A stretch of 63,984 nucleotides of DNA, filler included, from Reticulomyxa filosa (lineage: Eukaryota; Protista; Foraminifera), in NCBI GenBank assembly GCA_000512085.1. It is 18 parts of 18 records of this genome, joined end to end, with 100 filler letters (N's around TTAATTAATTAA, not from the genome) between each part and the next. Parts side by side here need not be neighbours in the genome. Positions count along the whole stretch, not along the records: positions 45,565 to 54,310 come from ASPP01020365.1; positions 54,411 to 60,783 come from ASPP01045128.1; positions 60,884 to 63,984 come from ASPP01004121.1; 15 more parts are not named here. The stretch is one strand, 5' to 3'. A program made the translations under genes and the position numbers. The notes below the pieces were generated by a model, which was not told the DNA's origin, searched no databases, and was given only the letters and a program-made list of their open reading frames with translations. Shown here piece after piece: positions 51,831 to 63,984 of this stretch. Within the stretch, counting starts at the first letter, position 1, and each line of letters begins with the position of its first letter.

Positions 51831-52439
51831 TAATCAAAAAAATTTTATTTATTTTTATATTTTTTATTAAATTATATTTGTTTCCCCCACGAAAGTTCAC
51901 TAGTTAGTGTAATATGTGCATTTCATTGAGTAATCGATTGGTGTTTTACAAAGCTTTTCCTTTGGATATTTAAATTCAATATTTAACAAAAGTTTCTGTT
52001 TTCCAAAAACCGAAAAATTTTTTTTCTGCAGAAAAATCAATAGGAAATTTTTAAAAAAACAGTTTGCATTCTCGTTTGATTTTATACGAAAATATTTGAC
52101 AGCGCATGGAGTTTGGTTATGCGAGTGTGCATGAGATTTTATATTTTGAATGCAAATAGAAAATATTTTTATGTAGTAGTATTTTATGTTTTTAAACAAG
52201 TATTTGTATCAATTGATTTAATTTAATTTATTTTCATTGTCATTAGTTTTTGATTTGTTAGTTTTTTTTACAGACATAATCTATATAGTTTGGCAAAAGC
52301 AAAGGATTTATTTTTTTTTTTTTTTGCGATTAAACTGAATTTTCTGTCTATTCTGATCGGAAAAATACAATCAATCTATTAAAATCGAGTGAAAATATCG
52401 CAACTTTTGGAAGTGAATGTGTCAATATATATATTTTAA

Positions 52440-52560
52440 TGCAGTGTTGAAAGATTTGGATCAATTTGTAACGAAAATACAGCCAAGATCTGTGAAAGAA
52501 ATACTAAAAGGAGTATAAGCTTTGCGTAAACTGTTAAGCGCGGACAACACCAATTGATAT
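52440..52560 (+). pseudogene. Importin-alpha-like gene relic
   Basis: EILKGV*ALRKLLSAD..PID resembles the first ARM repeat motif RKLLS...PPID. It has an in-frame stop. Confidence 0.35.
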
Positions 52561-53130
52561 GCTAGCCTCTTTACACGTGTTTTTCTTTTGATTAGACACA
52601 TATCTTCCATAATTTAAAAATACAACCAAACATAACAAAACCTCACTGTCATATACTTTGAACATCAACACAAATTAAATTTTTAATGTAATTACATACG
52701 TACATATCAATAAAAACGCTTATTTACATACTCCAAAAAAAAGATAAAAAGACTTCAACACAATAATAGTTAATAATATTTTTTTCTTAATCTTTAAGAA
52801 AGCTGTTTATCTTAATTATATTAATTGTATAATAAATTGCCTAAAAGAAAAAGATATCCGAATATTAAAATTAAATTGGGGCGGATTCATATGATTTTGA
52901 CAAACTTATTGTCGAGTATGTTATGTTTTTTGCAAATGTTCAGATATTTATTTAAAATCATAATTTAACACTTTCTTTCTACTTGGCATCTTTTATTCAT
53001 CCAAAAACAACTGAAGAAGTACACATCGTATCCAGGTTTTTTTTGTTTAAGATCAGAGAAAGGGAGGGGAAGAATTACATTATCAATTCGAAACAGTAAT
53101 TTTTCCCCCTAGAGTGAATAACAACAATAC

Positions 53131-54225
53131 ATGTCTGTTCCAACAAAGAGAGAAGCAAAAGGCGATGTTTATTCCTCTGTAGACATGCCCCCGCTGCCGG
53201 ACCAAAGCAAGACCAGACAACCAGTAACAAAGCGAGTAAAAACGGGGAGAAAGAAGAGAGTAAAAGACCGAATGTCAATGGACGGAACAAAGTATATAAA
53301 AAAGGTACCCCCCAAGCCAGCCGTGGTACGTACAATACGTTCGCAATCGACTCACTTTGGAGCAATTGCATTGCCATTGTCAGAATCAAACGAAGCTCCT
53401 TCCGACGCAGCTGCCATCGAAGAAGAAGAAGATGAAGAAGAAGAAGAAAAAAAAGAAAACATAAATAAACACAAAGAAGAAGAAGATGATGATGATGATA
53501 ATAAAAATAAAAGTGAACATAAAGAAATGAAACGAGGCGAAAGTGCATCGCACTTGCCAACATACCATATCTGTACACTATCGCATTGCAAGAATCCCCG
53601 ATGCCGAGCGATTTCGCGAGAGCGACGTCAGCAAAGCAAAGTGCGAAAACACGAGAAAGGGATAAGCACCGTGGCAGTCAAAAAAGAAAAAGAAACGCAT
53701 GACTCGAAAGGGACGACGGACGACCTATCGGTCAAAGAGATTGTGGAAAGTTATGGGAGTCACTCGCGGTCGCAAGTGCAAAGCGATAGTCAATCAATTC
53801 TAAGCAACGTGAGTGCGGCCACGCAGGCCGTGCACTTGGAGTTTCAAAGCTTGTCTTTCGAAACGGAGAAGGTGCACATTATGACGGACAATAATGACAT
53901 TGACATGTTGGACGAGGAAATCCCTTTGGAAAATTTCATCGTTGCTTTGCAAGAAGGCAATATCCGCATTATGACCGAACATGATAAGCACATCGAATAT
54001 TCGACCGGAGTTAAAATCGCTAGGCACCATTCCATGGGAGATCGCAGGCTGCTTGACATCTTTACTAAAAAGCGACAATTGCATAACATTGCTGAAACAA
54101 ATCAATCCAATGCTACTGCTGCTGCTCCTTCTTCTTCTTCACTTCATAAGTCCACTCATAGTCACAATTCCAATAGCTCCTCCAGCAACTGGTCTCAAGA
54201 CTTGGATGATATTGATCCCGCTTGA
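53131..54225 (+). CDS. Hypothetical low-complexity protein
   Basis: 364-aa ATG-initiated ORF with acidic tracts and a short HxCxxxxCxxxxC cluster. Confidence 0.6.
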   Translation: MSVPTKREAKGDVYSSVDMPPLPDQSKTRQPVTKRVKTGRKKRVKDRMSMDGTKYIKKVPPKPAVVRTIRSQSTHFGAIALPLSESNEAPSDAAAIEEEEDEEEEEKKENINKHKEEEDDDDDNKNKSEHKEMKRGESASHLPTYHICTLSHCKNPRCRAISRERRQQSKVRKHEKGISTVAVKKEKETHDSKGTTDDLSVKEIVESYGSHSRSQVQSDSQSILSNVSAATQAVHLEFQSLSFETEKVHIMTDNNDIDMLDEEIPLENFIVALQEGNIRIMTEHDKHIEYSTGVKIARHHSMGDRRLLDIFTKKRQLHNIAETNQSNATAAAPSSSSLHKSTHSHNSNSSSSNWSQDLDDIDPA

Positions 54226-54268
54226 CCGTTGCGTCTTCTATTCACACACGGTTAACAACGGTTGCTAT

Positions 54269-54310
<42 letters not shown>

Positions 54311-54799
54311 NNNNNNNNNNNNNNNNNNNNNNNNNNNNNNNNNNNNNNNNNNNNTTAATTAATTAANNNNNNNNNNNNNNNNNNNNNNNNNNNNNNNNNN
54401 NNNNNNNNNNCTTTTTTATTCACATATTTTTCCCCCCTTTTATCAATTTTTTTTCTATTATTTTTTATACATTTTCCCACTGTTTTTTCCCTCAACCCTC
54501 TTTCTGCAACTTTTTCAATAAAAAATCTTTGCGTACTGGTGCATCTGTACAAACACAAAAATATTATTTGTTAAGTTTTTAACAGGAACAAAATATACAT
54601 AACTATTAGTTGGAGTTCAATCTCATATTTCAAATTTTTTCCTACTGTGAACAAACTCAAATATTTTTTCGTTGTTTATGTATGTATGTATGTATGTGAC
54701 AATAAAAATATAAATACATATTTTTTTCTTTGTGAGGGGGAATTCCTATGTATTAAACAAATACACAATTACATTATGTTGAAAAAAAAAACATATATA

Positions 54800-55545
54800 T
54801 AAATACAACATACCTCTTTTGTTTTTATCGTATGCCGGGTGGTCTTCGACCCCATTTTTTTTGTGTGTGGAGGGAAGTGTGCGAACATGTAACTGTTTGG
54901 GGGGACGGTGGATTCCTATACACAAACACACATAAGCTTGATATATTTTTATTTAAAAAAAAGATATAACAAACATCTTTTGCTCCTTTCGGAGACAGGG
55001 GTGGATTCTCACCGTTTCTGCTTGTCATCGTCGTTGCCATCGCGTCATTGCTCTATGTTATTTTTTATACGTAGTATACACTATTGAAAAAAAATAATAC
55101 ATTGTTTTCGTACATGTACATATATACGTATGTTAAAAAAATGTTTAACATACCAATTGGCCTTGTCAGATTGACCGTGATCCGATGGCCTTTTTTTGTT
55201 GTTGTTGCGCAATGCGCAGTCGTTGAGATGAGATGGCATTTTTGCCCTTCCACGTACAAGCCTTTTTGTGCGGCTATCGAGTTCATCACGCTCGACTGAG
55301 CAACGTGCCGGCAAATTGACGCAATTTGAGATTAGTGCTAATATATTGAATGATCGCCCCAGCCAACGTAATACAATACCATCACCATCAGTACCGTTCA
55401 TGATATCAATAATATTATTCTTGCCACTTTCCACACAAGCATCGTCAATAATACCATCGTTTGTGCTTGCATGGTCTTGCCTACGTAGGCTTTGACTGAG
55501 CAAATCATTTTCTCTGGTAGTCATAACGTGCTGTATATTGTATTT
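54800..55545 (-). CDS. Hypothetical multi-exon protein fragment
   Basis: Coding-like segments alternate with AT/(TA)n intron-like segments. Confidence 0.35.
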
Positions 55546-56979
55546 TTTTAAAATCATAAAATTGAAACATACTGTCATTTTATTGTTATCAAAGTTTTTT
55601 TACATACTTCTCTATATCTTTTTTTTAATTGAAAGAAAGATAATGAAAGCAACTGTAGTGCAAGGTCACAACATCGAGTGACTCAATTTTTTTAAAAAAA
55701 TCCAGTGATTGGATGCGCATGAATTTGATCTGCTGCAAATATATTTCCAATTTGTGTGATGATATTTTTTTGATGATTTGTGCGATAGTTGATGTGATGA
55801 TTGGTCTGATGGTTGATGTGTTGGCCGATTTAATAATTTCTGTGATTGTTGTTGATACTGCCGTGCCACCCGTTGGGCGTGGTTGTGTAAAGGCTTGTGG
55901 GGTGTTGACGGCCAACTTTTCATATTAATGATTTGGGCGTTATTTGTGGGAAAATATTGATACAGAATGACCGTCATGCAACGCCAGCCCAGACTTTGGT
56001 GACCAAGAAAAGAGTTTTTATAACTACCCAACAATACCCTCCATAAAAAAAGAATTTGTAATTTTCAATTTTAATTAAGATATTTCGTCAAAATAAAATA
56101 TTTTTGATTAAAATATGTGACCAAGATAACTTTACAATACTTTTCACGTCAAACAAGAAAAAAAAAGTTCTAGACCAAAAAAGTTTTTTTTGAAGATCTA
56201 AATCTAGCAACATTTGAACAAGACCTTTCAAATGAAAACTAGTACAGCGTTATTGCTCTTTGACATCTATGACTTCCTAAGTTTTCTTAAGTTTTGCTTA
56301 CGACGCTGTCACAACGAAAACACAGTCAAGAGCTCCTAAAGTTAAGTTTGATAGTGTCCACTTTGTTTTTTTGTGTGTTATTTCACAATGAAAAAATTTT
56401 AACAAACAAAAAAAAAAAACAGAGTTCAAAATGAAACAAAAAAGAAAGCATGAATACAATACGGTTCAGAAAGTGCATCGAGCCAACATGTAAATAGTCT
56501 GTGAGTACCAATTAGAAGAGAAAACGATAACATTCCTTTTGTTTTTATTTTATTCGACAATGAACTGTGGGTCTGTTGCTGTGTTTTGTGGGCACATGCA
56601 ATGAAGGAACTGTCGCCATACTCATAGTTTTTTTCTTTTTGAAGTGGGCACTACCACACCTTTTATACAGTGCACGTGTGTAGATTAACTCATGGCATAA
56701 ATAGTCTTAATGATCGAGTGTTCTTTGGCATTAAGAATTTTGCATTTTTAATTTTTTAAATAATAAATGAATCGATCCAAAATTTATTTTATTTCACAAA
56801 GAATTTTTTACTAATAAACAAAAACATTCAGCACAACTAACTTGAAAAAAAACTTAAAACACAGTTAGTGTTTTTTTAAAAAATTAAACAGTATTCCAAG
56901 GTGAATGATGTTGACAACAACATCTGAAGAAAAGTATCTATTGACTGATGTAATTACAAAAAGTTTTTTATTTTAATGT

Positions 56980-58500
56980 TTTAAATTTGAAGAAAAATCG
57001 AAATTGTGAAAATTTTTAAAAATATCAAACAATTGGAAGAACTAATAAACTGTTAAAACAAAACGCAAAAAAGGGAGAAGTATTTTCAACACAAACCAAG
57101 TTTTTTAATATAAAAGTTCATCAACATGATTGATTCGATTCATCTCCAAAAATGTTTCGTTGATTCAAACGAGCAGCTTTAGTCTCCAACTTATAGTTTG
57201 AACAAGATCTCAATTTGACTGCCATTACATACGTAGTCCCAACTGAACTGCTTCAGATAGTGATAGTCCATTTCACATCGAATCTCACTCACATGTCAAG
57301 CAGTATAACCTTTCTTTGGGTTCTTCCTGTGCACATAGAATTTCTTTTCCACTCTTGAACAATGTATTGATATTTTTTAATACTTGCTGGCCGTGTTTCT
57401 ACTGGTACACGTAACCTTTTGCTTTTTGCAAGAAATCGATCAATATGCGTGTCAATGATATCTTAAAAAATCAGGCCTCTTTTATTGTAATAACTCAACA
57501 TACAACTCTGATTGTCTTTCAGCATCGTTATTTGTTACTATATTTGGAATTGTTTGGAGGAGTGCATTTCACTTCCGCTTGTAGACTCTGTTTCTGTGTT
57601 AATATCTGCAGAAACTTTGAATATTTCAATGTCCATATTTCCAACAAGTTTTTTTTTTGTTATCAAATCATAAATGGTTGAGTTCCACTTTGTCGGGTGG
57701 GTTGTTTCCACAGATATTAGTTCTTTTCCATTTTGACAGAATGTATTTGTGTCAATATTTTTGTTAATTTTCTTTCTTGTGTCATCATCTCCTATACTTG
57801 TACTAATTTGTGTTTGTGTTAGTTTTTCTCTAAAGTTACACAAATAAATTTAAATTTAATTTAAAAAAAAGACAATAATACGTTGAGCAAGTTTAAATAT
57901 TTTAAAAAAGTGTTTGTATAAACAAAACAGTTGCTTTAATATCTTCTTTAAAGGTGATTGAACTAATGAAGCGTAGTCATTGTATCCGAAACACAATCTA
58001 CTTGCGATTTTTGTTTTAAAATTTGCAGAAATTTTAAAAAATATCAAACAATTGGAGAAATGGATAAAATTGTCAAAATTAAAAAACACAAAAAAGATTC
58101 ATTCAACAGTAACACGTTTTTTTTGGGGGATTTTTAGAAGTTTAATAATAACAAACACTTCACATGACGGCAACTAAATCAGCCCGAACAAAAGTTTTTT
58201 CGGCCCACAGTTGACAGCGTCTCAATTTAGTATACTCACACACGGCCACAAATGAACTGTCTCGCACAGTCACAACCATATTTCAAATCAAATTTCGTGC
58301 ACCATCGACAACATGTAGCCAAGAGTGATGTTCTCACATAAATTTCAATGGTCCTTTCTTTTCCATTCTTGAACAATGCCTTGCTCTTTTTTTCCCGCTG
58401 GCCGTGTCTATACTGGTTTGCGCAAGCTTTTTTTTTTTGCGGATCATTGATAAATATTGTGCCAATGGCATTTTGGACAAAGGATCACACAATCAGGTCT
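56980..58500 (-). pseudogene. Two diverged tandem copies (~1 kb period) of a decayed Cys-rich (MYND-like) gene end
   Basis: Shared blocks ttttaaaaatatcaaacaattgga (57015/58032) and ttttcca(c/t)tcttgaacaatg...gctggccgtgt (57345/58360). The minus-strand remnant reads KLRRCQL..KNFCS. Confidence 0.4.
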
Positions 58501-58639
58501 CTTTTATCGTAATAAGCTGACAGTCAGCTCTTATTCTCTCTTTCTATTTCTTGATACTATATGTTTCACATTAATTATGAGATATTTTCTTGTAACCAAA
58601 GAGAAAACAGATAAATTTAAAAAAAAAACAAAGGATTTT

Positions 58640-60783
58640 TAACTTGAATGACTTTGAGCAAATCTTATATTAACCAATTTTGATAGCAAACCAATTGAAT
58701 TGCGACATGTCACAATTTTCATGTCTTCCACCAAACCAATATGGACGTCATACCAACTTGCATCACTGAGCGTTTCCATACACCTGGTGTATGTGACATC
58801 GGAGGCACATACAATATCATATCAAATACATGCAAAAAAGCGACGAACACCAATATCCAACCAATATCCAATCAGCCAGATATTTTTATATAATTCATTT
58901 TGGGAGTGAAAGTTGTGTTTGACTGCAAACACATAACACTCTATCGCTGCTTGTGTTCCTCGTTTCAATGTATAGCACTTCCAAGGAATTTATTCTGTTG
59001 GTCCTCTTTCATTCGCATTGCCTCTGTGTGTGGACGTGGACAAATGCCTTGCTTTCACGATAGATTCGTGCTCCTTTGTACTGATACGTCGTTTTTCTTT
59101 TGCACAATCATTGCCGCTTATCGTACTGTTTGAAATAGTCCGACCATGTTTATGTTTCACTTTTTTTTTTTTTTTTTTTCTTCCACTTTCATTAATTTTT
59201 TCTCTCTATCCAAAGCTAAAAAGAAATAACTCCACAACGAAAGGATCCATGTTCACATTGCCTTAGTTGATACATATTTACAACCACTGACAATATGATG
59301 TAAATGACGTATAAATCCACATTGAAAGTGAAAATACGACTCTTTCATCCATTAAATGGAATTTCTATCCTTTTGCGATACCAATTCCACGAGCTTTTTC
59401 AACTTGAGTAATGCAGGGTCGCATGTCACAAAGGGACATTTTCTGCGGAATAACGACTACTTCACTATCTCCATAATTCTCTGCTGCTGCTGTTGTCCAA
59501 TGGTAAAATCACAATTACATTCACTACAATCATGGAAAGGTTTTCTCGTTCCTTTCTTTAATTGTATGGATTGATTTGTGGATTCACCACGAAGCTAATC
59601 CATTTTTGGAATGTAATTGCGATATTTACCAGAGTTGGGCAATCACACTGTCGCAAATGTATTCAGTTAATGGATACTGATTCACATCGCCTCCTTTATT
59701 CTCGACGGCAGTGGCTTGTAACACGTTTACACTTATGACAGTTGATGTGACCATGGCTTTCTCACTGTGGTAACACAAATTTAGAAGCAATCAGTTTGAG
59801 CATAGCCATTGCCAGAGGTACCCAAGTATCTGCAACAGCACTTAATATCAATGCTTACGACCAAAGACACAATGTTCAATGGAATACTTGTTACATATGC
59901 TGACACGCTGCTTTGAATTACTTGTACAATCGCTGAAGCTTTCACCTGGGTCTCAATGTTTCAATTTGATACAATTTTTTGAATTGTCGTCTTCTGTATC
60001 GCTATTCGAATATACAGCCGCAGGAAAAGTCAATCAATGATACGTCGATTACTTTTCCGTACATGTCAATGATACCTCCATTGCGCAGATAGACAAAATA
60101 GTCCATATTCGATGTTATCGTATTGCACAGCCCATCACTGGCTCGAATAACTTGGTTGTGCACATTGCATGAGTGCTACATGAAAATAGAGCCATTGACT
60201 ACCATTGTCATCGTCCTTATCATATTTGCAACAAATGAGATTGCATACGCATTTCCATTCGAAGGCAATATTGGACCATGTGGAATTTGAATTTATGTCG
60301 TTGTCTGGAGGGTTATTTGTTTGAAATGAAATTGACTGCTTTCCAGATATGACAACGATTGTGCACACGAATCTTGACATGACGTTTTGGAGGCGATATT
60401 TGAATGTGTAAAGATATTCAGTAGACGCGACTACTGAGACCCCCGGATTGCAAATATCGATTGGGTGTGTTCTCTTGATTGAGCTGCTGGTCAATTTTAA
60501 TATTGCTTGCTTGATCGAGAATAGATAAAGCCAAATCTTTTTGCGCGATGTTGTATGATTGTTCATCAAATTGGGAGTGAGTCCAGGAGTATGGTCAACC
60601 AATATCAATGCACTTTCGACATGTTTGCACACAATAGAACTACAATTTGCCCAAGCGTTGGCATCGACAAAAAAGTGGGGGCGGCAACGAAGCAACAGTT
60701 GAATTAAACAGCTGTGGCGAAAATGGTGCATTGTAGACTGTATTACAAGCAATAAATTCAGTGCATTGCACACTTCTTTTCGG
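58640..60783 (-). mobile_element. Highly decayed non-LTR retroelement 3' part with RNase H remnant
   Basis: The minus strand near 59000-59050 reads FVHV.THRGNANER(A)DQ (RNase H HxGxxxNExAD) across frameshifts. Upstream RFGFIYS and NIEYG remnants resemble the LINE RT thumb region. Confidence 0.45.
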
Positions 60784-60883
60784 NNNNNNNNNNNNNNNNN
60801 NNNNNNNNNNNNNNNNNNNNNNNNNNNTTAATTAATTAANNNNNNNNNNNNNNNNNNNNNNNNNNNNNNNNNNNNNNNNNNNN

Positions 60884-61600
<717 letters not shown>

Positions 61601-61989
61601 ACGTATCAAAGAAAAAAATAGACATGGAAATAACAGTCATAATAACGATGGCAACAACAAAAGCAATTATCCTGCTATTTCTTTTAATTTAATCTTTTTT
61701 CAAATTCTGCACTTTAAAAAAGATAAAAAAACAAAAAACAAGCTAACTAACTGTATATCCAATTAAAATTTTAGTTTTCGAATTAGAAGTACTGTTTTTT
61801 GGCAGAGGGGTTGCTAAGAAAAAGTTCATATTTTGAATAGTAATACAGATGTCAAAAAGAACATTACAGGTGATGCTTGCATATGCTGTTTATTGAGTAA
61901 TTTTCTCAATAAATGTGTGTTTATTTTTATTTTGTTTCCTCCACGCACAAAGTCGTGTCAGCAATAGAGGGTGGGGGGGGGGAAAAAAA

Positions 61990-62691
61990 ATAAAAAAAAA
62001 GCAACAACAAGAGGATGATATCAACGAATCCTTTTATGAAGATAGTAACGACGAAAATGAAGAAAGCGAGGATTCGTTATCGCACGCCAGCAAGAAACAA
62101 AAAGTGTGCGAATTTTCAGGAAAAGCCCCGGAAGACGGTGTGGAATTGTCATTAGGGGATTGGAATTTCTGGAGCAGTGATAATGGCGGAAACAAGAGCA
62201 ATGTGACAGAAGCGAGTAGTGAAGACAGTAAAGGGAAAGAAAAAAGAGGGACAAATGAGAATGAGAACGACAATAAAAAAGATAAGAACAATTTGGACTT
62301 ATTGACTTGGACTTTGGAAGAGGGAGATGAGGAGGAGGAGGAGGAGGAGGAGGAGGAAGAAGCCATTGCATGGGCAATGGACATAAAGAAGGAGCCGAGC
62401 ACATCATTTTTGAACATGTTGGACAACTCATTCGCGTTTGACAGTAATGACTTGCAATGGGGTACCGAAGTGGATATCAAGAGCACTATCGTCCCCATCG
62501 TCGAGTTGAAAGGCAACCCCCTCCAAGCGGAGAGGAACAGGACACCACATATTTCAAATGTAATGTCAAAGTTATACCTCTTTGATACCGAAGGCAACAA
62601 CAAAACCATCAGACTGTGGAAGCAACATGGTGATGGTGAATTATTTGTTAACAACATTAAAGGGACTGGCATTGGCGATTAGTTATACTAA

Positions 62692-62731
<40 letters not shown>

Positions 62732-63403
62732 TTAGTAATCAATTACATCTTTTTTTTTTATGTAATACTTTCAAACTACAAATAGCTTTGTCGCCAACAC
62801 GGCACTGGATTCGTTCGGCTCAACTGTCCCATTACAAACCACTTTTCTTGCAAAATCGTCGGCAATGATCGCGTCCAGTTTGTCGCGCCTATTCTCTCCG
62901 ACACTGAAACCTCGCAAAAAGACCTCTCTTCTCTACAGAATCAATCTTCCTCCTCCTCCTCCGTCAAATTGGCTCTTTATTGCATTCGAGTTTGGCCCTA
63001 TTCACTTCATCTCCCCTCCTCTTTCCCCCCCCCCCCCCCTTTTTTTAAAAATTTGTTTATTTCCTTACAGCCGATCGACTCTAACAATGTGCAAGATATT
63101 GTCCGATTCGTTCATACTATCCAAGCCGAAAATGCACCCAAAAATCAAACCCAAAACGAAACCAAAGCTCAAAAACAAGAATCATCTAAAGAACAACCCA
63201 AGGAACAGCCTAAAGGGCAACCTAAAGAGCAGTCCAAAGAACAACCTAAAGCACAACCCAAAGCACACCCTAAAAAACAAACTAAAGAGCAAACTAAAAA
63301 CACACCTAAAAGTCAGCCCAAAAGCAATGCTACAAACAAAACCGGAAGCCAAAACAAAAGTAAATCAAAGAATCAAACTCAAGTCGCTCCTTCTGTGAAA
63401 TAA
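61990..63403 (+). CDS. Acidic protein with divergent RanBP1-like (Ran-binding/PH-fold) segment and K/E/Q/P-rich tail; gene model uncertain
   Basis: IVPIVELK...MSKLYLFD...WKQHGDGELFV resembles RanBD PIVxL...RAKLYRFD..WKERGxG. KEQP repeats at 63180-63300. Confidence 0.45.
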
Positions 63404-63984
63404 CCTTTTTCTCCTCTTTATACTTTTTTTACAAAAAATCTTTCACTTTTGTCATTTTAATCCGAAGATTTGATTTTAAATGCATTATGAATCAATCATT
63501 TCGAAAAATAAAATAAAATAGAGTTATTAATTTTCAACATCGATTAACAAATTAACAATGTATTTTTACTTAACGTCCTAAGCTGAATTCATACCATAAA
63601 ACAAGCTTTTTTCAAATCTCAATAAAAAAAAAAAAAACAACTAGTATTTTGAAATGGAAATAATGTAACAAACATATGGCTTTTTGCTTTAAATTGTTTA
63701 TACAGTTTGCTTTTGAGATGAGTTTTGCTACGATTTGGAAAATTAAAAGAATTTCGAAAATCTTTTCCAGGATAGTTCATGCTCAGTTTTTTTTAGCCAT
63801 GGATGCCCCGATCTTACATAATTTGAACGCAAAGTCACTTGGTAGAAAAAAACCGCTAAAAAAAAGGTTATCGGAAGTCTATGAAGACGATAAAGAAGGA
63901 AGCAAGGCGTCACCGCCAAAGCGTCGCAAGCTTTCAAGCCAAAGTTCTGTGTGTGTTTTCTATGTTTCCTGCGCTTGTTCCGTT

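Noticed and set aside
11847-60883. Recurring TTAATTAATTAA palindrome as a biological repeat or element
   Set aside because: It is always centred in identical N blocks, so it is an artificial six-frame-stop linker. Adjacency of genes across linkers has no meaning, and no multi-contig 'operon' or gene cluster is claimed.

Overview
This window is not one locus. It holds 18 unrelated short contigs joined by 17 artificial 100-bp linkers (N44-TTAATTAATTAA-N44). Seventeen contigs are AT-rich eukaryotic DNA with spliceosomal introns full of (TA)n, poly-A, poly-T and poly-G tracts. By inference only, the style and gene families resemble a foraminiferan/rhizarian such as Reticulomyxa. One contig (34785-35884) is high-GC bacterial DNA encoding a TonB-dependent receptor. 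Recognisable genes are an MFSD6-like transporter, a MAPEG protein, MARCH6/Doa10, a protein with tandem HECTD1-like domains, NAA35/Mak10, a GH38 mannosidase, a PT-repeat surface protein, a CDK-like kinase with a GC-AG intron, CPSase/CAD, a decayed MCM3 and several decayed non-LTR retrotransposons. Four items stand out. (1) An intron-containing eukaryotic gene fuses a degenerate GGDEF (diguanylate-cyclase-fold) domain to ankyrin repeats. (2) A STAND/NB-ARC NTPase is fused to a Cbl/Shk-type EF-hand-SH2 module. (3) A PUB-like domain is fused to a QxE ADP-ribosyltransferase-fold domain. (4) A composite APE plus RT-RLE retroelement block is bracketed by copies of a ~176-bp repeat. All domain calls come from reading motifs by eye; no database searches were run.
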